From Eledone cirrhosa (taxonomy: Eukaryota): a stretch of 64,000 bases of DNA. The notes below the pieces were generated by a model. The model did not search any database and had not been told where the DNA came from. It saw only the letters and a list, made by a program, of their open reading frames with translations. Every line of letters starts with the position of its first letter. The stretch's first letter is position 1. The position numbers and the translations under genes were made by a program. The stretch spans positions 90,768,001 through 90,832,000 of the forward strand of contig OZ024741.1 of the NCBI GenBank assembly GCA_964016885.1, given 5' to 3'. This document shows, one piece after another, positions 42,434 through 56,313 of this stretch.

Positions 42434-42820
42434 ATTGTTTCTACTTTTGGCACAAGGCCAGCAATTACCCAGTACATTACTGGTACTTTATTTTATCGAC
42501 CCCCGTATGGATGAAAGGCAAAGTGAACCTCGGCGGGATTTGAACTCAGATCGTTAAGGGACGTAACTATGCTGGAAAGCATGTCCGACCCTCTACCGAT
42601 ACTGCCAATTCATCGCCCAACTAATAATGTTTTAATTTTGGCACAAGGCAAGCGATTTAGGGGAAAGGGAGGGTCCATTAAATCGATTCCAGTACTTGTC
42701 TGGTAATTTATTTTATCGATCTCGGAAGGATGAAATCCAAAATTTGACCACGGTGGAATTTGAACTCAGAACGTAAAGAGACGGAAAAAATATTACAAAG
42801 CATTTGATCTGACGCCCTAA
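42434..42820 (-). mobile_element. Two tandem family A SINEs (42434-42618 and 42625-42820)
   Basis: Both read ttttggcacaaggc..ttattttatcga..gatgaaa..tttgaactcaga on the plus strand. Confidence 0.82.
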
Positions 42821-44479
42821 CATTGATGTTAATCCACAAGAATCTTTTAACTCTAGTTTTTATTATCCGCAAATAATACACTCAGAAAACAAAGTCATAA
42901 ACAAAACATCTAGTGGACAAGAACATTGGATTCCAAACTCGCAAAAAATACATTCGTAAAAGCAAAGTCAATCATGAACTAAGTATATATATTAAAACTA
43001 AGACATCCCCCATAATCCCTACCGCAAACATCAACCATATTTCCCAACCCCTAACACTCTCTAAATATGAGTATGGGAGAAGACGTACTTTTTCAAGCTG
43101 CAGCCGTCAAATTACGAGGTTTCTGTATAAGAATAAACATTAAACAATAACTGTTATTACCTGCAGCCACTACAACACTATTGCGTAATAGACCTTGCCC
43201 CACCCTCTCTCGTGGGAGAGAAGTTCAGTTCCAACTCCTTAACCTAAATAAAAATAAAGAAAATACCCAATTTATTAAGAAATAAGTGAAGTGACTCCAA
43301 GATGAAATATATAAATATGATATCAGAAAATACTATAACAAACGGCGTCGCAAAGAGTCGTTATTTAAAATAAACAATATAAACACTCGAATGTAAAACA
43401 TAATTAAGATTAAATAAAATACTAAGCTGTTAAAAATATATATAGAAATATACAGCATACTAACCATATCTCTACTGGCTTGTAATTTTCTTAACTAATC
43501 ACTCTACTCTCCTCTTTGATTAGTTTGCTTACTTAATATTTGATATATAAATATTCATATATTTTGCGCAAACTAGTAGCAAGCTGCCCGGAGGGCTGTC
43601 TTTCTGCTAGTAAAGAAACAAATAAAGAAATAAGTTTACTTGTAGCATTTTTCTTGTTATGTTGTTATTTAGTCATTTCTTGTTAAAACACCTTAACTTG
43701 ATATTCCTGGATTAGAGCTCAAACTCAATGTTAGTAGATATCTTATGGGAGTTTTTTTCTGAGAATATTTATTTGTATTAGATTACTTGCTGAATTTTTG
43801 AACAAGGCGTTCTGGTTATTTGACTTGTCAAAAGAACTGTGTGTGCTTACCAAACTCATTCCCAAGCTTTTTTTTTTGCTTTTTAATAAATTTTCTGTTG
43901 ATTGCACACAAATAAAAAAATATATGTCAGACACATAAATATTCATACAGGTGTACACCACTCAGTCACACACAGAGATGCATTTACTGATTCACAACCG
44001 CAGGTATATATCGCATATTTATTCATGAAAACACATTAGTCAGTAATAAGGAGTTTTATGAGATTGTGTGTTACAGTGATGCCTCGAAACTGAAATGGTA
44101 AACTTAATCTATTTCTGGCTTTAAAAAGCTGGCATGCGTTCAGATAATGCAAACATAGAACTTATATAACGAATCTCGTTTACTGTCTCATCTTATTACG
44201 AACACAACAAGATGGAGTAATTGATGGGAAGTGATAAAAACAATATACGGAAAATGAAAATGAGTTATTTATTTCAGCTATAAATCACTGTTATAGATGC
44301 ATTACAACTTATTTTCAAACAATTCTTGTTCAAATTCGAATTTGCTGTTGACTTGCGCTTGTTTCACGTTCATGCTACGTGACATTTGTAACCGTTGAGA
44401 GTAGTAGAATAAATGAAAGGCGAACTAACATGTAATAAGGATTCTGAAAGATGATATTTTAAAATTATATTTTATCTTA

Positions 44480-45235
44480 AAAAACTTGGGATGATATCCA
44501 GTGCAGCCTGGCCTCAGACAGGCTCACGCGCCAGCTCGACCAGCACCGCCTTGCTTGTTTTCGTGCGGCCTCCAAACCCCACAGTGGTGCCTGGCTCCAT
44601 GCCATGCCCTCCACCTCCACTGGCACGCAGTTAGACAACCATAGCCTGCGCATCGGCGTTTCCCCGAGGCTCGGCCTTCGGATCTGCCAGCCACACCAAT
44701 GTCGCTGCGGTTCCACCGTGGACTCTTTCGGCCTCCACCCGCTTTCCTGTCGCCCCAGTGCCGGCCGCATTCCACGCCATGCTGCCCTCAACGAGGTCAT
44801 TAAGCATGGCTTAGACGCTGCAGGATTCCCTTCTCAGCTCGAGCCAGTGGGGCTGGATCGAGGGGACGGCAAAAGGCCAGATGGCATGACCATCTTCCCG
44901 TTCCGCGGTGGCAAACTGGGATGCCACTTGCACGGACACTTTCTGCAGCCGCAACCTGGTGTTATCTGTGACTGACCCATGTTCTGCTGCAAGTCGGGCT
45001 GAGGGAGCCAAACTCCTCAAATACCGGTCGCTCTCCGGCAGGTTTTCGGTCGTACTCCTGGCAGTGGAGACTTCTGGTGTCCTCGGCCCCAGGGCTACCT
45101 TCTTACTCACCACCATAGGCGTTGAGCTGGCCATTCGCAGGTGTGAGCCCCGCGAGTTGGAGTAGCTTTTCCAGCGCGTCACCCTTGCCGTCCTCCGGGG
45201 AAACGCCTTCTCCATTCTGTCCGCTGGGGCTGTGG
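44480..45235 (+). mobile_element. CRE-clade non-LTR retrotransposon 3' fragment (CCHC knuckle plus restriction-like endonuclease)
   Basis: SGAWLHAMP..GTQLD..RLGL..CRCG..HPLSC..RHAALN..EP.GL.R.DGKRPDG; frameshift; WDATCTDT..K..KY..LAVETSGVLG. Confidence 0.88.
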
Positions 45236-46599
45236 GTAGGCCCCATCGCGTACTGTTGTAGTTGTTGTATACAGATGTTCAATAATATTCACAACATCGG
45301 TAACATCATCGTCTACGACTTCGTAATATAGTCTCTGGAGTTCTGATTTCATTAGCTAATGAGAGCAGCAATTCTGGTTGTCTGGGAAAACTTACGATGG
45401 AAATAGCCAATAAAATAATTGCTTTCTGATTTCAGTAATACAAAGTAAAAGCTATTTAGCTCTGCCGAATATTATGTTAAATGGATGAGTGATGTATCTC
45501 TTTCTGGAAACGACTGGTCAATTGAAAGTAACTTCCTTAGTTATCATGGAGACTATATTCCCACAAAGTCAGCTGAAACACCATAAACGAGAGGAATATG
45601 ATTATGAGTTGATGAAATAACGCCTTATCCTCTTAATAATTTCAATTACAAAGTAATGTAAGAATGACAAATACACCAAATTTCGGATAACATATGTGTT
45701 TTTTTTTTATTAGAGAATTCAATTACCGCTGGGGCAGTGTTAGTCTTTCTTTCTTTGAAATTCCATAAAGAAGGTACCTGTTATGCATTAGCACCCCAAG
45801 GTTGTTGCTTTGTGGTACTTCACTTTTGACTAGAAACCTTGCAAATAGAACATTGTTAGTTGCCACCGTTTCAGTTCATCAGAGAGGTGGAGAAAGTTTG
45901 TAGACCACCTGGTGATTCTTCTACCTGGTTGAGAAATACAATCCTACAATACCCCACTTATAATACAATAACAAGAAGAAATTGAAATTGAAAGAAAGCT
46001 AGATTGTCTTCGATCAGAGTTATTCCAGACATATCCACTCTGTATTCTAAAGGTATATCTTGGTAAGTAAATTAGACAGCCAGGTGTTCAACATTACTAT
46101 TTGACAGTTTTAAACTTGCGACATTGGGTACTATAATAGATTACGCAAACGGCTTTGGTGTAATCAAAATATTCTGTCAACTATACAACCATACATGGTT
46201 TTCAGACTACATTATATTCCTTCAGAAGTTGTGTCAGTTAGTTTCTCATGGAGCAGAAACCCTGGTTATTGTTTGGTTATTGTTAAAGCAGTTTACTAAA
46301 CAATTTAATAAGCATCTGCCTAAAATTATGTAACGGATAAAAAATGTCTTTATTGTGATCTACTACTTCTGTGTACACTCTAATTTATTAGGTTTATATG
46401 TTAATAATACAGACTTAATTAAATTATTGAGTGAGTGAGAAAACAACTGAGGCTGCATCCCTTCTATTCCATAAACTTTGTTTCATAATTATTTTATACT
46501 CCCTGGGACTAACCGGCATTTAAATTGTAAGTTGAACTTTTTTCTTTGTTTATTCTAGTTCAATTTATTTATTTATTGTTTACAACATTGTCTTTGTTT

Positions 46600-47420
46600 T
46601 CTACACGGAAGCACCCTAGTCGAATGCTTCTGGTATGTTAATTTTTCCAATTTGAATCAACACCAGTGTGTTCCCTGTAAATGGTCAGATCTGGCTTACC
46701 TCCTCTTTGATGTGAAATCACGTGCCACTGCAAATCTAAGTTTACCACTACACTCACTGGTGTCCACCAGCGCAGTGCACTAGCTAGCTAAACGGATCTT
46801 TCCATTCCGGTGAAGCAAACTCCCGCTGAAGACGTTATTCCAGCCAATTCGCGTAATGTATACTAACATTACTTAATTTCTGCATATGATAGTTCCAATC
46901 GGACTACCGCTGGCAGATTGGAATCGTAGAAACTGGTGCATCGGCCAGGGAACCTTCAATTTCCTATCCACATGAAGTCGTTTTACTCACTGATTAAGTT
47001 ATAAGTGTACACTCTAATTGACTGATGCTATTCTTTGTCACGCTGATATTACTTCATAACTACGTTAGCTGTACACGAAGTTAGAAGCGCGGGCGTTTTC
47101 AGGAAAATGCAATAGATCGACGAAAATCAACTAGATGGTCAGTTCCGGAGGACTTTCAGTTTAGAAATATATGGTCTAACGATACTACCGAGTGGTATTA
47201 CTGGTTCGAAATAAACTGTGCAGACGAAACCTGTTCTGCAATGTAACCTCCTTTCAGAAACGTTTGTGGGTGCACTCGTCCAGTGTCTAAGACAGTGCTA
47301 ACTTGTAGAGTTATTGTCGAATAGATGCTATCAAATGTAGGACAGATCTGGTTATAAGCTTAATGTATTGTGAAGGTCACCCCTTCGGTCAGGAAGAAAA
47401 TGCGGATTTAAGAAAAATGA
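46600..47420 (-). mobile_element. Possible highly decayed LTR-retrotransposon gag/protease remnant
   Basis: Minus-strand CTALVDT (aspartic-protease-like) and gag-like ERRL..VY fragments, interrupted by stops. Confidence 0.3.
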
Positions 47421-48097
47421 AAAAAAGGCAGAAAATGTTTTTAAAAAGCTGTTCTTTATCCAGTAGATGTATGATGACCACTTTTGGGCGGTCTTTCGGA
47501 GCCCAACATATGAGAATTAATATATTTTGAGTATATAATTTTAGCTGACTTCTCGTTCTTAACCATATCGAACTGGTTAACTTATCTAAAACGCAATTAC
47601 ACAGAGATTAGATGACATCGTTGTTAATACTAAGTTTGTTGTTATTAGTGAACCCCAGGTCAGACTTAATGAAGTAGACATATCGACCAAATACGTTCCA
47701 GTCGTAGCCATATAGTATTTTTCCTCAAACTTTGGGTATCTAGAATTACACGACCTAATGAAACATTTCCTTTTAATTTATTGTATTCTTTTAGCTGATT
47801 GAGCGACCTATTAGTGTTTTCATTATAGCAATTATTATGTTGAAAGTCATTTATATTAAGAGCTTACGCCTCATTTTCTAATTTGTCATTCTTGTTATTA
47901 TCCACGACAGTTTTGTTTTTGTTTTTCTATTTCTGTTTGCTTGGTATATCAAGTAGCTACTCTCGCCGATTTCAACCGCCAATTTATTCACTACTATTTA
48001 TTTGCTAACAGGCCTACATTTTGTTTATTCTTACCTTTGTCTTAGCCGAAAACAGCCTATTGGGCAATAGCCATGTGATTAAAGATATTTCATCATA

Positions 48098-48270
48098 TAG
48101 GCACAGCAATGGCTGTGTGGTTAAGCAGTTCGATTTGCAATTACGAGATCTCGGGTTCAGCCACACTGTGTGGCACCTTGGACAAATTACCTTCTACTTT
48201 AGACTCGGGTTGATCAATGTCTTGAGATTGAGATTTGGTAGATGGAAATTGTATGGTAGCCCGCCGTATA
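48098..48270 (+). mobile_element. tRNA-derived SINE, family B
   Basis: tggctgtgtggttaag..gggttcagccacactgtgtggcaccttggacaa..tttggtagatggaaa. Confidence 0.75.
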
Positions 48271-48299
48271 TGTTATCATCATCTGGTTGAGCTTGTTCT

Positions 48300-49330
48300 T
48301 TATTCGATTCGTATCATGTTATTCTTTTTAGTCCCTCATAACTTTCGGAAGGTCAGCAGGACTACTCCTGTGTCCGTATAGATTTAGTCAATGAAAGTTT
48401 TACTGGACGAGCCATGTCATGGAGTCCATGAATTATTGGTTAGCTCTCGAGCAATAACTTGCAAAGTTCTTGTGTCTCACTTTAACGACATCAGTGTTTG
48501 CAAAAATTGCCGTTCTTTCAGAAGATATTCAGAATGGCTCGTAACTGGCGAGTGTAAGCGCAATCACACCCTGTCTCCAGGTGTTTCGTGAGAGCCAGGG
48601 AGTAAACCTGTACAATTGTACAGTGGCATGGAAGAAGTCCCTCTTAAGTTAATCTGATAGCCATGACTTCCAAAGGACACTGAGGTCATCACGAATATTC
48701 CGTAATTTTGTGATTAGAACCTTTCCTGTGGGCGTGCTATTGCTTTCTAAGTATGCAAAAGATCTCACAGATTTTAGAGGGTCTTGTTTGATTGTAGCAT
48801 ATGTATTTTTACATTAAAGCGTTGACGTAAAAATCGGTATCATCTGCCATTTTCCCAAGATTATTTAGAAATGTGGTAGCTTCTGAAACCGTTATTGCTG
48901 TGTTTGTGTGGTGAAATGAGATGTATTTTATTAAAGTAAAACCATTTCGTTTTTTATTTCCTCAATCGAAATACGAAGGGCCTATTTCAGGCAGTTGATA
49001 AAACAGGAATGGTACAATCGTATCGCCCTGTTAGACGCCAGCATTTAAAAAAAAAATGGTTTCTCTGCCAGGTGATCGCATTTTCGGTTTTGTATTTTTG
49101 TAAACCATCATAACTGATGCTAATGTTTCCCATATGTGAAAATAACTTTCTGCATTTTGCCTCGATGCACAAATTCGAAGGTTTTTGAGACGTCCACAAA
49201 CATTAAAACTGCCTGTAGACTTTTACTTTTGACTCCCCAATGATTTTTTCTACTGTTAAAATCCGCCCAATAGTTGACCGGTTTTCTGTGAATCCCTTTT
49301 GATTTCTACGTAAGACCTCAACGTCAGATA
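48300..49330 (-). mobile_element. Old, decayed RTE LINE RT region (may extend to ~50170)
   Basis: Minus: RRNQKGFTENRST..FVDVSKTFEFVHRGKM..YG; YKNTK.K.RSP; AGV*QGDTIVPFLF. Confidence 0.72.
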
Positions 49331-50594
49331 AATCCATATGAAAATATCTATATTGAATACATTTTAAGATTATTGTTGGTTTAATTTAGAAATTAAATAT
49401 TTTCTTATAATCTGTTTATTTTGAAATGAAATAAATATATATCAATAGATATTTTACAAAATTCTACCCCGAGAGTTTTTCTCTGATACATTCAATAGCA
49501 TACTTCTACGTAGAATATAATAGTCCCACTGTTTCATCACTATTTAAATAGTTTCTTTGATATTTGCTTTACATATTGATTCTTGCTGTGAGACTATTCA
49601 TGTTTTCTAGTTACCAAAGCAATGTTGACTATCCTGTTCCTTTTTTTCTCTTTCGGAAGCAAATTTCTGCACAGTTTTTCATAGCTTTTCAAAAGCTTTT
49701 CCAAGAATGAGTGAAACGGACATTTCGGCATATTTACTATATAACATTGCATTCATTCAGATGTTGGTATTCCTTATTAATTATATTGAAGATAATAGAA
49801 GAGAGTAAGCTTGAAATCTTCGTACTAGCAAGCCTCGACTTTTTTTTTCACAATATTTACCTAAGTCGCTAAATTTTCTGTGTTATTTTTCTTCAATGTT
49901 TGTTTTACCTGTCTAAACTACAATCCTTTTCCACTAACAGCTTTCTATTTGTAAAAGGTGCGACAACTTGTGGATCAGGCTACAGGAAATTTAAATCTTA
50001 CTCTGGCGTACCAGCTCCGACTAGCTTTGTCATATAGCATTCAACTACTAATTGACACATAGCGTTTCTTTTTGTGGTTTTCTTTCATTGCAGCATCTCA
50101 AATTCATAAGAATGTTTATTTTTGTAATTTCTTTGTTGATTTATTCGTACATTTCTTTTTTTATATCATATGCCAATATATACACTACTTGCTGTATATA
50201 TGAGTCATAATGATTAATGAGCAGTTTGAAGCCACCCGACATTTCTAAACCTAAAGATATCTTGATGCAGTTATCTCTTTAAACGTATTTGTCACACATT
50301 GTGTCGGGGTGACTCTCCCTAAGAATTATGTCAAGGGTATACGTGTTGTGGAATGTTCTGTCACTTCTGTTCCATTGATTGAACACGCGGGACACTTATC
50401 GTCGAAACCGACGGAGGTCTATTCCGCAAACACACACACACACACACATATATATGTATGTGTATATATATATATATGTGTGGGGAGGAGGGTGATGGAC
50501 TCTCCCGTCAATTCGACGTATGAGGGCTCAACAGTCCTTTTAGTTCATTGTTTTATGTTTATGCCTCAAATGACACTTCAATCCAGCTGCTGAT

Positions 50595-50656
<62 letters not shown>

Positions 50657-50657
<1 letters not shown>

Positions 50658-50886
50658 GGACAGTGGATTGACTTTATCGGTAGAGCGTCAGACACCATGC
50701 TTTGCAGCATAGAGTTATGGTCCTTTATGTTCTGAGTTCAAATCCCACCGAGGCTAGCTTTGCTTTTCATCCTTACGGGGTCGATAAAATAAAGTACCAG
50801 TCATGCACTGGGGTCGATTTAATCGACTTTCCTCTCCCCAAACATTGCTGGCCTTGTGCCTATATAAGAAACCATTATTATTATTA
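50657..50886 (+). mobile_element. tRNA-derived SINE, family A, full length with (TTA)n tail
   Basis: gagttcaaatcccaccgagg..gtcgataaaataaagtaccag..ggccttgtgcc..agaaaccattattatt; very similar to 62738-62960. Confidence 0.85.
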
Positions 50887-50889
50887 TTG

Positions 50890-52440
50890 TTTCTTCGCTC
50901 AGCTTCTAACGCTGGAGATGTATTACAGTGTTAGCTGTTCACTACCAGTGAACTGAGATAACACTCCTTATTTTTAGAGTACCCTCCAGAGTATTCGAAC
51001 TGTCCAAGCAATGCTGTTTTTTGTAAGTTCCATCCGTATTGCAATCCCTATTTGTTCCCAAGATTCCGCCTATTATTGGTATTACCACCACCTTTTTCAA
51101 ACCCTACCTCTCATATCAATCAATTGTTTTCTTTCTTTATCGCATACCTTGTTATCAGCTGGACAGGCTTTATCTATGATCCAACAATGTTTGCTTTATT
51201 TCTTAAGTAATACAATATCTGGTTTCTTATCCTCAATATCATTGTCACACTGTATCCCAAAGCCCAACAGGATCTTTGCATCATCATTTGGGTTATGTTT
51301 ATACTACTTTTCTGCTCTGCTAGGTGTATGTTTGACACTAAGTGCCCACTGGACTATACTTGCTATGTTGGCGTGACGTCTCATATTCTTTCTGAGCTAC
51401 TGGTCGGCATTGACTGGTAATATGCCATACAATTTCTCCATTCATGCCGCAAATTCTACACTCAACACTTTCTGTTGTGTGGTTTTCTCTATGCTTGATG
51501 TAGTTAGTTTTTAGCACTTGTTCTTGAGCAACACAGATTAAGGCTTATCTTTCCGGTTTTAGATAACTTTTAGCCAACCATAAACAACTTTTTTCTCTGA
51601 CTGTCCTATCTTCAATATCTCTATGGAATTGTCCATACAATCTTTTTTCGGTCCATCTGCTTTCTGTTTCATCCATCTTCAAATGCTTGCACTGTACTTT
51701 TTTCTTTGTAATCTTCTATTTTGCATAGCCCTGGCCTAAATTCCAGCAACATCGGTTCTGTGGAATTATTTTATGTACCACGCCATGTTATTTTCTTCTT
51801 TTCTAATATTGTCTTCGCATCCTATCAGTCCACTTCCTCCTCTTTTTCTTGGCACATATCTGGGTGAAATACCCCATATTTAGTCAATATCTTTCTTGTC
51901 TTTCGGTCTAAACTATTTAGCTCTTCCACTGTCCACGTGATCACTCCCCTCCCCAAATCTAAGGAGTGATACCGCCTATGTATTGATAGCTTCCATCTTA
52001 TTCCCTCCATTCAGTTTCCACTGAAGAGTAAGTCTCAGTCTTAAAGTTTTCTTTCATTTCCTCCTGCATTATATTATCGACTTCCAATATCCCTAAGTAC
52101 TTATAACCTTCCTCTTCTATATGCTCTATAACCTTTCCTAATGGCAGCACCAGCCCCTCAATGCTTTTAATTTTGACTCTGTTCAAGATTAAAACATCAC
52201 ACTTTTTTTAATCCGAACACCATTCTCATGCCAGCAATACATGTATATACCGTATCAACGAGTGAACCAAGCTGGGATTCATTCTTACCATAAAGCTTGA
52301 GGTCATCCATGAATAATAAGTGGTTGATTTTTTGCTGACGATCTTTGAATTCATATCCAGCCTTAGATTTTCTCAAAATCATAGTCAGAGGTATCATGTA
52401 CAGTACAAACATCAGTGGTGACAGGCCAGTACCACAAAAA
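50890..52440 (-). mobile_element. R4/Dong-like RLE non-LTR retrotransposon, decayed 3' portion
   Basis: LSPLMFVL..INHLLFMDDLKLY..MVFGLKK, YKYLG, LDRKTRKILT, AQEQVLKTNY, CRICG, KPDIV..IDM, LQKTALLG remnants. Confidence 0.85.
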
Positions 52441-52448
52441 TACTGGTC

Positions 52449-52541
<93 letters not shown>

Positions 52542-52551
52542 ACACCCCACA

Positions 52552-52591
<40 letters not shown>

Positions 52592-52616
52592 TGCACACGC
52601 GCACACTAACTTACAG

Positions 52617-52668
<52 letters not shown>

Positions 52669-53217
52669 GTGTCTTAATAGACACCCGAACTGTTGACCTC
52701 TCAACATGACTACAACTCAATCAAGCGGAAAAGGACACTCTTCGACAAACCTACATTTGGCACGAAATCAATTTAAACATTCACATGACTTTTACCGACC
52801 AATCAAAATTGTTTTGACTACAAGAATTTTTGCAACACGAATTAGCGCGAAATTTATAGTGCTTATTCACGTGACATTCAACAACCAACCAAACTTTAAT
52901 ACCTTCCAAGCCACTTTTTTCACATAAGACAGGAATAATTTCCACTGATCAGATTAGAGCAAAAATCACAAGCACTCTATCTCAAAATTATTTTTGAAAA
53001 GCATAAGAAATGCGCAAACGGTAAAAACTTAAAACTAAAACTGAATACTAACTAATACTTCAGTAATACACTGGGTAATTGCTGGCCTTGTGCCAAATGT
53101 AGAAACAATTATTAATTTATACTTATTCCTAATTAAACTATTTTTCACTGGGAAAAATTTCTCAGCATTTTCTTTTCCTTTTTACTAATATATCACAACT
53201 CGTGTGTCACACCTCTA

Positions 53218-53316
<99 letters not shown>

Positions 53317-53420
53317 TAATTTACTAATTTAAGGTATCACAACATATACATTATGTATGATTCTTATGTTTCTCTGTAGAAATGCTCAATGGACATTTGT
53401 CCAGAGCATCCATAATACAA

Positions 53421-53649
<229 letters not shown>

Positions 53650-53650
53650 T

Positions 53651-54041
53651 ACCGTTTGAGAAACACAGTATTTTGAACACACTTAAAGCACATAATATTT
53701 AGGAAAAATACGTACTTCAAAGTGGAAAAAAGCTCTTCTTTCCTTATGGTACCATTTCATGATTCAAGAAACCATAACTAAACAATCGAACATCGATCAC
53801 TCTATACTCTATTTAAAGACGTAAATTCCCCTGATGATTGATTCGCGTCTCTAGTAACTTTACCAAATTCAATGGGTTGTGATCGATGATCGATTGCTTA
53901 GATCGATTTTAGTTATGGTTTCTTGAATCATGAAGTGGTACCATAAGGAAATGACTTTTTCCACTTTAGTCTACGTATGTTCCCTAAATATAATGTGCTT
54001 TATGTGTTTACATAATTAATACTGTGTGTTTTTCAAACGAT
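53651..54041. repeat. Diverged fold-back element (~150-bp arms) between (GA)n and (CT)n
   Basis: ttccttatggtaccatttcatgattcaagaaaccataactaaa mirrored by tttagttatggtttcttgaatcatgaagtggtaccataaggaa; CTGATGA in the spacer at 53831. Confidence 0.82.
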
Positions 54042-54062
54042 AAATGGATCTTCCTCTCTCTC

Positions 54063-54153
<91 letters not shown>

Positions 54154-54213
54154 TTATATATATATATTAATTCAAAATATTAACAAATATAGATATTCGT
54201 GTGATCAAGTATA

Positions 54214-54276
54214 TTTTATTATACATATTTCAGAGGTACTGAGCTATTTACAGCAGTACGTCCTCATCAGATAAAA
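54214..54276 (-). ncRNA. Type I hammerhead ribozyme within a fold-back element (arms 54164-54233 / 54331-54400)
   Basis: Minus strand: ttttat CTGATGA ggac-gtactg..cagtac-ctct GAAA tatgta TA ataaaa. Confidence 0.78.
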
Positions 54277-54479
54277 TAAAATGATGCTTGACATATCTTG
54301 ACTATGTTGATGGTTAAAATTCAGTCATGACTGAAATATGTATAATAAAATATACTTGATCACACGAATGTCTATATTTGTTAATATTTTGAATTAATAT
54401 TAATAACACCGGAAAACCATTACTGTGGAGTGCTTCTAATCTATTGTAAAACTTTATTCATTGATTTATTCATTGAACC

Positions 54480-54605
<126 letters not shown>

Positions 54606-54720
54606 GCATCAACAGTTTTCCAACAGATGTCAACATGAATGGACCAGTTATCTTTATCTAAAGACATTTTTTCCAATTCCACCCTGCCCAACTCTTCAAT
54701 CTATCTTATTTCTCATTCTT

Positions 54721-54757
54721 TCTTCTGATGAAGGACTAGCGTCAGAAACGCTAAGAC
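54721..54757 (+). ncRNA. Minimal hammerhead ribozyme motif (family of 23409)
   Basis: tctt CTGATGA aggac tagc gtca GAAAC gc TA aga. Confidence 0.6.
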
Positions 54758-54886
54758 CCTCTTCCTGCTATTCCAAGCGTTAACCTAATATATTCCTTCC
54801 ATATGCTGTACCGATTTTGTTGTTATTTCTGTTAACCTTTGACATACATACATACATACAATTGGGGTTAACCACAGTAAGTAATA

Positions 54887-54935
54887 TTTCCTGATGATTT
54901 CTTTTGAATGAAACAGTTCTAGTCCTGTAGAAGCC
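54887..54935 (+). ncRNA. Type I hammerhead ribozyme (family of 38311)
   Basis: tttc CTGATGA tttc tttt gaat GAAACAG ttctagtc CTGTA gaag. Confidence 0.72.
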
Positions 54936-54951
54936 ATTTCTATATCAAACA

Positions 54952-55019
<68 letters not shown>

Positions 55020-55033
55020 ACATATATATATAT

Positions 55034-55189
55034 GGACACACTAGAAGAGGAAGACCAAGGTTAACGTATGTTGATGCCCTAAGGACAGACACTGGTCTAT
55101 TGGAGACGCAGGACATGGCAGCGATAATGAGGGACAGAGACCGCTGGAGAGAACTCGTCCATGGCTCTCGGGAATTTTACCCGCCTTAG
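55034..55189 (+). mobile_element. Short 3' fragment of the RTE family of 16245-18512
   Basis: ggacacactagaagaggaagaccaagg..ttttacccgccttag. Confidence 0.9.
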
Positions 55190-55455
55190 AAAAAAAAAGA
55201 GAATATATAAACGGAAAAATGAAACGAAATTTCATTTCCCACTCTTAGTACGGCTGTTACTTAAATATAAGATATAAGTATGTACACGTACATACATATA
55301 TGAATACAGACGTACAGTAGTATGTATATATATATACATACATGCACACATATATATATATGTACGTATGGATTCACCGAACATTTATTATAATGCTCGG
55401 TGTGTTTGTAAACAAACATCCCGTATTAAGCCGTTCGTTCAACACTGACAAAAAA

Positions 55456-55498
55456 ATGCTGTACTAGTTTCAAGCTTATTAGCTATCGTCAGCAACGT
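55456..55498 (-). ncRNA. Minimal type I hammerhead ribozyme
   Basis: Minus strand: acgttg CTGACGA tagctaataagctt GAAAC ta GTA cagcat. Confidence 0.78.
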
Positions 55499-55782
55499 AT
55501 ACCTTCCTGCCAGATTGTTGAACGTATATACTTACCTTATGCATATTAACAGCTGAGAAGCCCAATTTGCATATCGAGTGGGTTAATCGGCCGGGTGCAC
55601 CGAAAACGATAAACGGAAAAAATGAAACGAAATTTCATTTCCCACTCTTAGTACGGCTGTTACTTAAATATAAGTATGTACACGTACATACATATATGTA
55701 TACAGACGTACAGTAGTATGTATATATATATATACATACATGCACACATAAATATACGTTCAACAATCTGGCAGGAAGGTAT

Positions 55783-55825
55783 ACGTTGCTGACGATAGCT
55801 AATAAGCTTGAAACTAGTACAGCGT
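55783..55825 (+). ncRNA. Minimal type I hammerhead ribozyme
   Basis: acgttg CTGACGA tagctaataagctt GAAAC ta GTA cagcgt. Confidence 0.82.
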
Positions 55826-55998
55826 TCCTTTGTCAGTGTTGAACAAACGAGCAACGATGGTTGCTGGACACTACGGCTTAATACGGGATGTTTGTTTACA
55901 AACACACCGAGCATTATAATAAATGTTCGGTGAATCCATACGTACATATATATATGTGTGCATGTATGTATATATACATACTACTGTACGTGTACATA

Positions 55999-56105
<107 letters not shown>

Positions 56106-56119
56106 GGTGATAATAGTTT

Positions 56120-56313
56120 AGTTTCTGATTTAGGCACACGGCAAACAATTTAGAAGGAGGGAAAATCGATTAAATCTACCCCAGTGTGTTACTGGTGCTT
56201 TATTTAATCGGCCCCGTAAGGAAGAAAAGTAAAGCTAACATAAAGGAACGTAACAATATTCCAAAAAAAAACATGTTTTCTGACTCTTTACCGATACTGC
56301 CTATCCACCGCCC
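56120..56313 (-). mobile_element. tRNA-derived SINE, family A (internally deleted)
   Basis: aaaatcgattaaatctaccccagtgtgttactggtgctttattt..ccgatactgcc.atccaccgcc. Confidence 0.7.

Noticed and set aside
45860-45890. Minus-strand CTGATGA-act-GAAAC
   Set aside because: No room for stem II, so not a hammerhead.
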